Notes: generated from the letters alone by a model not told the origin. Numbered from the stretch's first letter, positions 8,593 through 19,766 are shown. The stretch: DNA of 64,000 nucleotides from Nemertoderma westbladi (GCA_032718475.1 JAUCBJ010008074.1:19127-83126); one strand, 5' to 3'. Made by a program: numbers and translations.

Positions 8593-11127
8593 ATGGCGAG
8601 TAAGCTGATCAGGAAGAGAAAAGCGGAGTCGGGAGGAAAAGAAATATTGGTGGATTTCACCGAAAGACACCCGGAGGAGAAGACGAGAGGATACTACGAG
8701 AGGTTGGAAAGGGGTCACGCGGCACGAGCGCTGCAGGATCACTTCCGGGAGGCGCACGAACAGCGGTTGGTCGGGACCTACGGGACGCCGTCGCTGGATA
8801 ACGCGATCTTCCAACACTTCCACTACGTGGTGAAAGGAGACGAGGCGAAGTTCGGGATTCCGAAGTATCCGAGGGAATCGCCGAGGAAGGACTGGAAAAG
8901 ATTCATAGAGTCCGTCAACAGAGGAGGATATATGATCCTAGATGACGAGGGAACCGTGGAAGACGAAGCGGGTTCGAGACGAGGAACGGCAGGGTCGGCC
9001 AGGACCATACTCTTGCATTTGGCAGCGCCAAATGGGGACATCTTCTTATTCGACCTAGGGACGTATGGGAAGAAGGACGGGCCGAAATTAGACCGACTGC
9101 CGAAAGCGGTACAGGTCTTAGTAAGAGAGAAGTCGACGACGAAAGTGGGATCGGCGATTCGCGAGGACGCGGAGAGGATCATCGGTCCGGACGCCACCAA
9201 CCTCCTGGATATGCAGAAAGTCTTTATGGCTATGACGGCACCGGATGGATTGGGGGTGGTCGAGAACTCAGGCCAATGCGGGGCGGTGGCGATGGGCCAA
9301 TTATTGGGGCTCGTATGCCACAAACCAATGGATTGGGGGAAGTTTAGGGAAGAATACGGAGCGGAACTAGCGAACTCGCTGAAGTGGGGAGCGAGACCGG
9401 GAAAGCAGGAGGTATATCAGTTTCGCAGAGGAGCGATAAAGGTATATCAGAAGCGATATATCCTGCAGGAGGACTGGATGATGATAAGTTTACTTAACTT
9501 ATTCATGACCGTAGTTATCGAAAGGGAACCAGGGGCATTTCTGTTATCGGGATCACCCCTAAGCTACAGGAGAGCCTTTAAGACGGCCTTTGACGGTCTG
9601 GTAGACCACCCGGGGCTGAAGGGCGAGTCGGTGTACTACAACAGCCGACATCTGGTAGATGGGGAAACGGATACACCGTATCAGAGATGGGAGCAGCTAG
9701 AGATGGATAGACGGGAAGCAAAGCGACTGGAAGAAGTCGCTAGACGGGAGAGGATAGAAGCAGAGGAGAGGGAAGAGGAGGCCAGGACACAGAGTTATGG
9801 CTTCGAGGAACAGGCGGGCCTAGACGAGCTTCATTGGACTTCGTCAGGGAGTTCGGGGGAGTCTCTAGGGCGAGAATTGGGATGGACGGTGGGATCGCCG
9901 AAACAGTCGACGTCGGGGTTGCAAACGATGCCCATACCAGCGGGCGCCGAGGGCGACCAACCGCCAAGGAAGTTAAGGGAGCTAGAGGGATGGAGAGCTA
10001 CGGGCGAAAGCCAAGGCGGAAAGGGACATAGTGGATCCGTCGGGATACCGGGATTGGAGACGCTACCGGAAGAAGAGGACGACGACGACGAATTCGGAGA
10101 GATGCCGCCCATCGAGAGAATAGGCCACTCGGACACGGACTGGGTTGGCGGAAGGGTGGTGACGGCCAGTGGGGCGAGGGCCTTCTGGAACAGATCCGGC
10201 AAGCGGACCTGGGTGCACGAGGGGCCGGCGATGGATTTCGCAGGGAGCACCATCAGGTTGGGCGAGCAACCGGGGACGGCACCACGGATAGTATTCGGGG
10301 AGACGATGCCCGAGAGGGGCGGAGAGATCGACGTAAACAGGGAGAGCAACGTGGAGAAGTTTGCCTACCAGCGACTCCATAGACCGCGGAGATCGCTTGG
10401 GACAAAGGACGAGGTGGGACGCGAGACATTGGTACTCGGCTGCGACTACTGTGGGAGACAGACCCATCAGGAAAGCAGCTGCCTATACCGGTTCCAACGG
10501 GGAACCTTTTGTCTCTATTGTAGAGAACCAAGTCACAGGATGGGGGCGTGTCCACGGTTGCATAACCGATGTCCAAAGTGCCACTTTCGGGGACACTACG
10601 GACGCGAGTGCGACTGGATGAGCGACGAGGAGAAGTTCACAAGGTTCGAGGAGTGGGCCGACGTCGGGGCCATGACGCGCCAGCGCATGAAGGCCCAAGA
10701 GTTCAAGTGGGGTTTCTTCCTCATAAACCAGGAGACCCACATGGAAATCATAAAGCGAAGGTTACCGTTTACCTATCAAGAGGTAGCTACGGCGGCATCG
10801 TTCGCCGGAGTTATGAACACGCAACGGTACCTGGACAGGTGGACACCAGAGAACCGGAGGGAGTTTAGGGATTTCTTGGCGGAACACGTACCAAAGGCAA
10901 TGAAGATGATCCTATGGGACGCCACACGAGGGAAACAACCAGGCCATTCTGAGGGGCCACCGGCGAAGCGGTATCGGGCTTTAATAACACCAGCGCCCAA
11001 GGAGCCGACGACCGGGATCAGCAAGGAAGTGGCAGCGAAGGTCCGGAAGCAGAAAGCGGATGATGCCAGAGGAACAGTGATAACCAAGAAACGGGCCAGG
11101 GAGGAGGACGTGAGGAGGTACAGATGA
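8593..11127 (+). CDS. Element 1 ORF3: DEDDy-like 3'-5' exonuclease domain, acidic linker, three CCHC zinc knuckles
   Basis: First ATG at 8593; ILDDEG, ILLHLA..GDIFLFDL, LPKAVQVLV...KVGSAIRED, LLDMQ, YQKRYILQE; three exact CX2CX4HX4C motifs at 10441-10613; homologs at 31795-33579 and 63107-64000. Confidence 0.8.
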   Translation: MASKLIRKRKAESGGKEILVDFTERHPEEKTRGYYERLERGHAARALQDHFREAHEQRLVGTYGTPSLDNAIFQHFHYVVKGDEAKFGIPKYPRESPRKDWKRFIESVNRGGYMILDDEGTVEDEAGSRRGTAGSARTILLHLAAPNGDIFLFDLGTYGKKDGPKLDRLPKAVQVLVREKSTTKVGSAIREDAERIIGPDATNLLDMQKVFMAMTAPDGLGVVENSGQCGAVAMGQLLGLVCHKPMDWGKFREEYGAELANSLKWGARPGKQEVYQFRRGAIKVYQKRYILQEDWMMISLLNLFMTVVIEREPGAFLLSGSPLSYRRAFKTAFDGLVDHPGLKGESVYYNSRHLVDGETDTPYQRWEQLEMDRREAKRLEEVARRERIEAEEREEEARTQSYGFEEQAGLDELHWTSSGSSGESLGRELGWTVGSPKQSTSGLQTMPIPAGAEGDQPPRKLRELEGWRATGESQGGKGHSGSVGIPGLETLPEEEDDDDEFGEMPPIERIGHSDTDWVGGRVVTASGARAFWNRSGKRTWVHEGPAMDFAGSTIRLGEQPGTAPRIVFGETMPERGGEIDVNRESNVEKFAYQRLHRPRRSLGTKDEVGRETLVLGCDYCGRQTHQESSCLYRFQRGTFCLYCREPSHRMGACPRLHNRCPKCHFRGHYGRECDWMSDEEKFTRFEEWADVGAMTRQRMKAQEFKWGFFLINQETHMEIIKRRLPFTYQEVATAASFAGVMNTQRYLDRWTPENRREFRDFLAEHVPKAMKMILWDATRGKQPGHSEGPPAKRYRALITPAPKEPTTGISKEVAAKVRKQKADDARGTVITKKRAREEDVRRYR

Positions 11128-11835
11128 GTTCCCGGAGGCGAGGGAATGAGACTGAGACTGGGACGTGGTGCGCCTGGAAGGTGCCGCATGTAACGTACGA
11201 ACTATTAAGTATAAATTTAATTAATGCAAATAACTATATAAGTGCAATTTGTATGTACGTACGTAGTGATTAGCAGTAAAATACATACGTTTGGAGTAAG
11301 TACTATAGTCATGCAACCTTTCTCAATTAGCTACTGGGACTGGGGGACAATTGACTATGGCACTATGGACGAGACAACTGACAATTTCACACTTCTTGAG
11401 TGCGGCGGCACGAGAGGGGGGGGAGGTTCGTCAGGAGAGATAAAACAGTCAAAGTGGACTTGGGAACCGGAATAAGAGTGTAAAGTGCGGAGAGAGTGCG
11501 AACGCAATTCTAGTGTGGGGGGGGGGAGAATAAGAGGCTGAGTGAGGGACGAGGAGGTCCGGGGGTATGAGAGAGTTAGGGTGAGAGTAGAGGGGAGATA
11601 GGGCGAAAGTGTTGGGGAAACAAAAGTTGCGTGGGAGGCGAGCGCGACCGGCCCGACATGAGACGCCAGGCACACAGGGTAGCGATATCATACCCATAGG
11701 GGGCGGCCTGGAAAGCCGACCCCGAGAGAAAAGAATTCCACCCCACACCCGATATTAGATCGGGATCCAGCGGGATTGTAGCGCACTTTTTTGGTTGATG
11801 CTATCTTCTTACCGGGAAGATAGCATGGGGGGGAG

Positions 11836-12372
11836 TGTTAGCTTATTCAATCCCGCCAACACCCCATAAAGTTATTAGCCGATAAGCAATATTGGGAGCC
11901 GCGAGATTGGGTAATTAACCAACTCACGCCATCCCAATAAGAATGGGAAGGAAGCACACAATAGAGGGTCAGGGGCCAAACCCCTAACCCAGAGAACAGG
12001 TGGAGTGAACGGGAATACTCCACGGGGCGCCAACAAGGGTATTAACCAATCAGAGGCGGGAATGGCATCGATTGAGTAGCAGTAAGGCCACCGTGCAATA
12101 TAACCAATAACCTATTAATCAGTGATTCAGTTATCTCAAGTGCAGCAGTGCTAGCGTAGGGTACAGCCAATTAGTTTAGTTAGGGGATCACGGGACTTTA
12201 GTTACCGTATCCCGCCTTGTACACATTCACAATATATCTATATCTTATAACCTCCTATTATACACCGAACTTCAGAACTCAGTCACTTTATTTCATCCTT
12301 ATACACGGCGGGGACGCGTGGACTAAATTACCACAACCGGATAAATCGGGATCCCCCTTGGATCCCGTCACA
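11836..12372 (+). repeat. 3' LTR of element 1 (~537 bp)
   Basis: Starts TGTTA right after the PPT and ends TCACA abruptly at the satellite; partner LTR not in window. Confidence 0.75.
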
Positions 12373-13793
12373 GAGGGGTCCCTGTCTGGTGGAGGGAGGG
12401 AGTCCCTGACTGGTGGAGGGAGGGAGGGAGGAAGGGGTCCCTGTCTGGTGGAGGGAGGGAGGGAGGGAGGGGTCCCTGTCTGGTGGTGGAGGGAGGGGTC
12501 CCTGTCTGGTGGAGGGAGGGAGGGGTCCCTGTCTGGTGGAGGGAGGGAGGGGTCCCTGTCTGGCGGAGGGAGGGAGGGGTCGCTGTCTGGTGGAGGGAGG
12601 GAGTCCCTGTCTGGTGGAGGGAGGGAGTCCCTGTCTGGTGGAGGGAGGGGTCCCTGTCTGGTGGTGGAGGGAGGGGTCCCTGTCTGGTGCTGGAGGGAGG
12701 GGTCCCTGTCTGGTGGAGGGAGGGAGTCCCTGTCTGGTGGAGGGAGGGAGTCCCTGACTGGTGGAGGGAGGGAGGGGTCCCTGTCTGGTGGTGGAGGGAG
12801 GGAGGGAGGGAGGGGTCCCTGTCTGGTGGTGGAGGGAGGGGTCCCTGTCTGGTGGTGGAGGGAGGGGTCCCTGTCTGGTGGAGGGAGGGAGTCCCTGTCT
12901 GGTGGAGGGAGGGAGGGGTCCCTGTCTGGTGGTGGAGGGAGGGAGGGAGGGGTCCCTGTCTGGTGGTGGAGGGTGGGGTCCCTGTCTGGTGGAGGGAGGG
13001 AGTCCCTGTCTGGTGGAGGGAGGGATTGGTCCCTCTCTGGTGGTGGAGGGAGGGAGGGAGGGGTCCCTGTCTGGTGGAGGGAGGGAGTCCCTGTCTGGTG
13101 GAGGTGAAGGAGGGAGGAAGGGGTCCCTGTCTGGTGGAGGGAGGGAGGGAGGGAGGGAGGGAGGGGTCCCTGTCTGGTGGTGGAGGGAGGGGTCCCTGTC
13201 TGGTGGAGGGAGGGAGGGGTCCCTGTCTGGTGGTGGGAGGGAGGGGTCCCTGTCTGGCGGAGGGAGGGAGGGGTCCCTGTCTGGTGGAGGGAGGGAGTCC
13301 CTGTCTGGTGGAGGGAGGGAGTCCCTGTCTGGTGGAGGGAGGGGTCCCTGTCTGGTGGTGGAGGGAGGGGTCCCTGTCTGGTGCTGGAGGGAGGGGTCCC
13401 TGTCTGGTGGAGGGAGGGAGTCCCTGTCTGGTGGAGGGAGGGAGTCCCTGACTGGTGGAGGGAGGGAGGGGTCCCTGTCTGGTGGTGGAGGGAGGGAGAG
13501 AGGGGTCCCTGTCTGGTGGAGGGAGGGAGGAAGGGGTACCTGTCTGGTGGTGGAGGGAGGGGTCCCTGTCTGGTGGAGGGAGGGAGTCCCTCTCTGGTGG
13601 AGGGAGGGAGGGGTCCCTGTCTGGTGGTGGAGGGTGGGGTCCCTGTCTGGTGGAGGGAGGGAGTCCCTGTCTGGTGGAGGGAGGGATTGGTCCCTCTCTG
13701 GTGGTGGAGGGAGGGAGGGAGGGGTCCCTGTCTGGTGGAGGGAGGGAGTCCCTGTCTGGTGGAGGGAAGGAGGGGTCCCTGTCTGGTGGTGGT
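12373..13793. repeat. G-rich minisatellite (GGAGGGAGGGGTCCCTGTCTGGT units)
   Basis: Directly visible tandem array. Confidence 0.95.
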
Positions 13794-14007
13794 GTGAGTT
13801 TCTTTTTTCGAGGGGCTTCAAAGAAATCAGGAATATAAATAGTAAATTTTATTTAGAAAATAACCAATCAATGTATAATTGAAACTGGACTTTCGATCTA
13901 TGTAACAACTCTTTAAGTAATCGAAACTTTAAAATTAATTCGCCATCGGTGAGGATTGAATCCGCGTCTACCAATAATTATACAAACAATAAATTATCTC
14001 TCCCCAG

Positions 14008-14320
14008 TGTTACCGCGGCTATCTTATAGTGATCGCCCGAGACACAAAGACTCTCCCGAGTATACGACCCGGGGTCTACAAGGAGATGTTTATCGTTTCG
14101 ATCTACGACATACAACACAAATTCGTCGCCTACTCCGCACCCATGTCCGGTGTGTCCGAGGTCCTCTGTGAATGGGGCTCGCTGTATATACTAACATCGG
14201 ACAACCATCTGGTACAACTGGTAGAGAAGGATACCCAGAGTAAACTAGAGTTGTTGTTTAAGAAGAATCTATACGATGTTGCTATTCAACTCGCTAAGTC
14301 TCAGCAGTTTAATCATAATG
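14008..14320 (+). CDS. VPS11: VPS11 internal exon (HOPS/CORVET subunit)
   Basis: ccccAG acceptor; CYRGYLIV...EWGSLYILT...EKDTQSKLELLFKKNLYDVAIQLAKSQ; GTAAG donor at 14321. Confidence 0.92.
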
Positions 14321-14404
14321 GTAAGCAGAAGCACCATGGGAATTTACTGAATAAAATTTTTATGAGATTTTACCGTGCGGAGGGGTAAGAACAATCTTTT
14401 CGAG

Positions 14405-14682
14405 GCCCATGTGAAGAATACCACCAGACTTTCTGCCGTTATATTTCACTTTGCAGTTACCCCAATGTGAAGAATACCAGGTTTTCACCAAAACCACAGG
14501 TTACAGAAGGGCTGAATCTATCCAAAACAATAAACGAATTAGTATATGTACAGGTTATAAGACAGAAATAAGCGCTATAAAACACTTAATAAAGATAAAT
14601 TAAAAAAAAAAAAAATCTTCATATATAAAATTCCAATAAAAAATCGACCGAAAAGTGAAATCCTGGTATTCTTCACATGGGC
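14405..14682. mobile_element. MITE-like element with 19-bp inverted repeats in VPS11 intron
   Basis: GCCCATGTGAAGAATACCA / TGGTATTCTTCACATGGGC; partial third copy near 14466; no clear TSD. Confidence 0.6.
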
Positions 14683-14985
14683 GCTTTGCGATTTTTGTAT
14701 AACGGGAGAAATAACGGAGAATGTCAAAACAATAAAATGTAATAAATATGTTTTATTAGTTATTTACTTTTATTGTTTTGGTTGTAATTTTCTAAAAATC
14801 ATTGTCTTTCGTTTGGCGCATTTTACCCTTTTTTTAACTATTTATCCTTTGGTTGATACTGTCTGCTATTTTACTACCAATTTTACCGACATTGTCTACA
14901 CCATATTATTAAGCATTATTGGTTCCAAAGGTGTTTACGACGATAATTATGTCCAAAACAAAAAGTGTACATAAATATAAATGAA

Positions 14986-15050
14986 TCAGAATGGTTAGAG
15001 CGTCAGACGTCCAACTCGGTGGTCACCAGTTCGATCCCACCTGGACGTCA
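14986..15050 (+). other. Degenerate tRNA-like head (possible SINE fragment)
   Basis: A-box-like TCAGAATGGTTAGAGC and B-box-like GTTCGATCC; no complete cloverleaf. Confidence 0.35.
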
Positions 15051-15220
15051 TTGTCGACATTGCAAAAGCTGTACCCAACAATAAGTTATAATAAAATATA
15101 AAGGGAAATTAGGGAAATTGTTTTGGTTAGATTCAAGCACTATTGTAATCTCCTCTACTAAAATGGATGTAAAATCACACTAGGCTATAATAAACATTTT
15201 CTAAACTATCTTTTGCGCAG

Positions 15221-15531
15221 CTCTGGTTGACATTTACCGCCAATACGGCGACCATCTCTACTCCAAGGGCGATTACGACGCCTCCATAACCCAATACGTA
15301 AAGACAATAGGCCGACTCGAGGCCTCCTATGTTATACGTAAATTCCTGGACTCCCAGCGGATACACAACCTAACTATGTACTTACAGCACCTACATAGGG
15401 ACGGCTGTGCCACAGAGGACCACACCACCCTGTTACTCAACTGCTACACGAAACTCAAAGACAACATCAAACTCGATTCGTTTATAATGACAGACAGAGA
15501 GGCGGACTTCGATGTTGAGACGGGAATTAAG
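15221..15531 (+). CDS. VPS11: VPS11 internal exon (clathrin-repeat-like region)
   Basis: ttttgcgcAG acceptor, phase matches previous exon; QYGDHLYSKGDYD...YVIRKFLDSQRIHNLT...DHTTLLLNCYTKLKD...FDVETGIK; GTAAAT donor. Confidence 0.95.
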
Positions 15532-15789
15532 GTAAATACCGAACAAATATTTACTCTCTGGCTCTGCTCTTTATCATTTCTAACTGAGTTAAATCACCGT
15601 ATTTCACGCACGGGAGTCGGGAGTATTTGCAAGAAAATCATTTCCAGCGTATTACTTATAATATAACCCCATTATATGGCATGTCTGACGCATTTGCCTG
15701 TTCCACAACCGGTTAATAGTAACACAGGTTCCTACTAATAACTCAGAATACATGGACTAGGATTCTAGTATTTATACTACTACGACTTC

Positions 15790-17185
15790 GATACTAGGTC
15801 TAGGACTAGAATACTAGAACTATGATACTAGTACTAGGATACTAGGACTAGGATACTAGGACTAGGATACTAGGACTAGGATACTAGGACTAGAATACTA
15901 GAACTAGAATACAGAACTAGGATACTAGGACTAGGATACTAGGACTAGGATACTAGGACTAGAATACTAGAACTAGGATACTAGAACTAACTAGGACTAG
16001 AATACTAGAACTAGGATACTAGAACTAACTAGGACTAGGATACTAGGACTAGAATACTAGAAAGGATACTAGGACTAGAATACTAGAAAGGATACTAGGA
16101 CTAGAATACTAGAACTAGGCTACTAGGACTAGGATACTAGGACTAGAATACTAGAACTAGGATACTAGAACTAACTAGGACTAGAATACTAGAACTAGGA
16201 TACTAGAACTAACTAGGACTAGAATACTAGAACTAGGATACTAGAACTAACCAGGACTAGGATACTAGGACTAGAATACTAGAAAGGATACTAGGACTAG
16301 AATTATAGAACTAGGACTAGGATACTAGGACTAGGATACTAGGACTAGAATACTAGAACTAGGATACTAGAACTAACTAGGACTAGAATACTAGAACTAG
16401 GATACTAGAACTAACTAGGACTAGAATACTAGAACTAGGATACTAGAAAGGATACTAGGACTAGGATACTAGGACTAGGATACTAGGACTAGAATACTAG
16501 AACTAGGATACTAGAACTAACTAGGACTAGAATACTAGAACTAGGATACTAGAACTAACTAGGACTAGAATACTAGAACTAGGATACTAGAACTAACTAG
16601 GACTAGAATACTAGAACTAGGATACTAGAACTAACTAGGACTAGAATACTAGAACTAGGATACTAGAACTAACTAGGACTAGGATACTAGGACTAGAATA
16701 CTAGAAAGGATACTAGGACTAGAATACTAGAACTAGAATACTAGAACTAACTAGGACTAGAATACTAGAACTAGGATACTAGAACTAACTAGTTCTAGGA
16801 TACTAGGACTAGAATACTAGAAAGGATACTAGGACTAGAATACTAGAACTAGAATACTAGGACTAGGATACTAGGACTAGAATACTAGAACTAGGATACT
16901 AGAACTAACTAGGACTAGGATACTAGGACTAGAATACTAGGACTAGGATACTAGGACTAGGATACTAGGACTAGGATACTAGGACTAGAACTAGGATACT
17001 AGAACTAACTGGGACTAGGATATTAGAACTAACTGGGACTAGGATACTAGGACTAGGAGACTAGGACTAGAATTCTAGAACTAGGATACTAGGACTAGGA
17101 TACTAGAACTAGGATACTAGAACTAACTAGGACTAGGATACTAGAACTATGATACTAGAACTAGAATACTAGGACTAGGATACTA
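15790..17185. repeat. CTAG-rich simple/minisatellite (ACTAGGAT/ACTAGA) in VPS11 intron
   Basis: Directly visible. Confidence 0.95.
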
Positions 17186-17351
17186 TGTTGGTTACCTTCA
17201 TTTATATTACGGTAAATATTTAAATTTATTTGAAGTATGAAGTGCGAATAACCCTTTAAGTTGGACAGTAATAAATGATCTGAAATTATTTGATTATTAT
17301 TTGTTCCTACGTTTTTTCTTTAATTTATTTTAATATGGTATCCAATTCTAG

Positions 17352-19766
17352 GTCTGCAGACAAGCTGGTTACTACAAGCACGCGCTGTATCTGGCGGAGA
17401 AAAATCGCAAACACCATTGGTATCTAAAGATTCAACTGGAAGACCTGGGGGAGCACAGTAAAGCCTTGGAGTACATCGGCACATTGGGGTTCTACGAAGC
17501 CGAGGATAACCTAAAGAAATACGGCAAGTTGTTAATGGGGAGTCGTCCCATGGAGACCACGAGGTTCCTCATGGCATTGTGCACCGCCTACCGGCCCTCC
17601 GGGGTATCCATGCTCGATATCGGGGGTGTCGACCAATCAGAATCCTCGGACTTACTCGACAAATCGCGACAGAAGTTAGAGGCCGCAGACCCCGCCCATT
17701 TCATTCACATATTTATAAACAATCAGACTAGGTTGATCGAGTTTCTAGAACATATGATAGCCAATCAGACGTGTTCTAAAGTCGTCTACAACACCCTCGT
17801 CGAGCTCTACCTCCAGGAGATTGGTAGAAGTGAGTCCAAAGAAATTCTTGATAAACTTATGGATGTACTTAGGAATCACGGAGATAAATACGACGTGGAT
17901 CATTGCCTGATTCTTTGTCAACTTAACGATTGTCGCACCGCTATACTGTTTCTCTATGAGAAAGCCGCCCTGTTTACCCAGATTCTCAACTATCATATCC
18001 AGCACTCTGATTTCGATAGCATCATAGATGTCTGCAAGAAGTACGGCACTAAAGAGCCGTCGCTGTGGTTACAGGCGCTCAATTACTTGGGTAGTAGAGA
18101 GGGCGGTTGTAAGTCCAAAATACAGGAAGTCCTCGGTCACATCGAGAAGCGGAACATCATCGCTCCGCTCGTTGTCGTACAGACGTTGGCTCGAACTACG
18201 GCGTCGTTGGCCTGCGTCAAGGAGTACCTGATTAAACAGCTGAGAGCCGACCAAGAGACAATCCGCGAGCAGGAGGGAACGATAGCGGCGAACCGGGCGG
18301 ACACAGCCGTACTAACGGCTCGCAGCGGAGAGCTGGCCGGCCGAGCTACCGTATTCCAGGCCTCCAAGTGCGGCGTCTGCCAACACGTTCTAGAACTGCC
18401 CGCTGTGCACTTCCTCTGCCTTCACTCCTACCACAAGCATTGTTTCGAGGGTTACGCCGAACGCGAGTCCGAGTGCCCAGTCTGCGCGCCCGGGCACCGG
18501 GGCGTGGCGGAGGCGTTGGCCCAACTGGAGGACACCGCAGGGGTGGCCAATCAGTTCCTCAGCCGACTGAGGGTCTCCAAGGACGGCTTCGGCACCGTGG
18601 CTGAGTATTTCGGTAAGGGCTTGTTGGAGAAAGGTCTGTCTAGTAGTGGGGGTAGGGGGGTGCACACGGGTAGCAGTGGGGTGCACTCGGGTAGCAGTGG
18701 GGTGCACACGGGTAGCAGTGGGGTGCACTCGGGTAGCAGTGGGGTGCACTCAGGTAGCAGTGGGGTGCGTCCAAGGGGTACTGCTAGTGGTGTACCATCT
18801 GGTGGTTCTGGTACTAGCGTACCGGCGGGCGGTAGTCATGGCAGCGTCGCCCGGAGACCAACACCAACAACAGGTGACACCATCGCATCCGCCATTAGTA
18901 AACCCGTAACCAAGCAACCCGCCAATAAACACAGAGTCGCGGATGTTAAAACCAACATGGCCAAGATAGACGTAGACGCGCATTCTGTACAACGGACCGG
19001 GCCGGGAACGCTTTCCGGTCGTTTAGAGGACAACATTACCGATGGTCGGCCGGTTGGGGCTGCCAACGAGCCAAAGGGAACTCCCCCAGGGCAGTCCTCT
19101 ACATACCAAGGGCCACCGCAAGGCGCCATGAGGTCTATTGGATCCAAATATGCACCCAGTTCTGAGCCAACCTCAAACAGGGCCAAACAAGGTTCCAGTA
19201 ATGCTAACAAGGCCCCACTGGGCTCCAGTAATGCTAACAAGGCCCCACAGGGCTCCAGTAATGCTAACAAGGCACCACAGGGCTCCAGTAATGCTAACAA
19301 GGCCCCACAGGGCCCCAGTAATGCTAACAAGGCCCCACAGGGCTCCAGTAATGCTAACAAGGCCCCACAGGGCTCCAGTAATGCTAACAAGGCACCACAG
19401 GGCTCCAGTAATGCTAACAAGGCCCCACAGGGCTCCAGTAATGCTAACAAGGCACCACAGGGCTCCAGTAATGCTAACAAGGCCCCACAGGGCTCCAGTA
19501 ATGCTAACAAGGCCCCACAGGGCTCCGGTAACCCCTTCGATGGCCCACGAAGTTCTACTAACCCGTTCGATACCCCACAAGGTCCCGCCAACCCCACCAC
19601 AGCGCCTATGCCTGGTCCGTACAGGCCACAGACAGGCTCTCATACCGCTAACACTATGGTCTCTGAGGGTTACAATCCTTTCCTTTCTCCAGATGAAGAC
19701 AAAAACAATCCATTTCTGGAGAAAGACGACAATACTGATTCTACAAACCCATTTAATAATGATTAA
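17352..19766 (+). CDS. VPS11: VPS11 terminal exon (RING-H2, Vps11_C, repeat/NPF extension)
   Basis: ttctAG acceptor; VCRQAGYYKHALYLA..WYLKIQLED; RING CGVC..LELPAVHFLCLHSYHKHC..CPVC; FGTVAEYFGKG; stop TAA at 19766. Confidence 0.95.
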   Translation, partial: VCRQAGYYKHALYLAEKNRKHHWYLKIQLEDLGEHSKALEYIGTLGFYEAEDNLKKYGKLLMGSRPMETTRFLMALCTAYRPSGVSMLDIGGVDQSESSDLLDKSRQKLEAADPAHFIHIFINNQTRLIEFLEHMIANQTCSKVVYNTLVELYLQEIGRSESKEILDKLMDVLRNHGDKYDVDHCLILCQLNDCRTAILFLYEKAALFTQILNYHIQHSDFDSIIDVCKKYGTKEPSLWLQALNYLGSREGGCKSKIQEVLGHIEKRNIIAPLVVVQTLARTTASLACVKEYLIKQLRADQETIREQEGTIAANRADTAVLTARSGELAGRATVFQASKCGVCQHVLELPAVHFLCLHSYHKHCFEGYAERESECPVCAPGHRGVAEALAQLEDTAGVANQFLSRLRVSKDGFGTVAEYFGKGLLEKGLSSSGGRGVHTGSSGVHSGSSGVHTGSSGVHSGSSGVHSGSSGVRPRGTASGVPSGGSGTSVPAGGSHGSVARRPTPTTGDTIASAISKPVTKQPANKHRVADVKTNMAKIDVDAHSVQRTGPGTLSGRLEDNITDGRPVGAANEPKGTPPGQSSTYQGPPQGAMRSIGSKYAPSSEPTSNRAKQGSSNANKAPLGSSNANKAPQGSSNANKAPQGSSNANKAPQGPSNANKAPQGSSNANKAPQGSSNANKAPQGSSNANKAPQGSSNANKAPQGSSNANKAPQGSSNANKAPQGSGNPFDGPRSSTNPFDTPQGPANPTTAPMPGPYRPQTGSHTANTMVSEGYNPFLSPDEDKNNPFLEKDDNTDSTNPFNND
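19184..19530 (+). repeat. Coding 30-bp tandem repeat (APQGSSNANK, ~11 copies) in VPS11 tail
   Basis: GGCTCCAGTAATGCTAACAAGGCCCCACAG units, in frame. Confidence 0.95.

Larger units (their letters stand above)
1..12372 (+). mobile_element. Bel/Pao LTR retrotransposon, element 1 (5' LTR outside window), with extra ORF3
   Basis: Gag-PR-RT-RH-IN order with Pao-type motifs; PPT GGGGGGGAG at 11827-11835 followed by a TG...CA LTR. Confidence 0.93.

Noticed and set aside
8593-11127. ORF3 as an env gene
   Set aside because: No signal peptide or C-terminal transmembrane anchor; the one hydrophobic run matches the ExoIII helix
756-11189. Numerous antisense ORFs over element 1
   Set aside because: Shadows of the purine-rich sense ORFs, with no domains
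12217-13882. Long G/R/E- or P-rich ORFs
   Set aside because: Open in several frames on both strands of a stop-poor minisatellite
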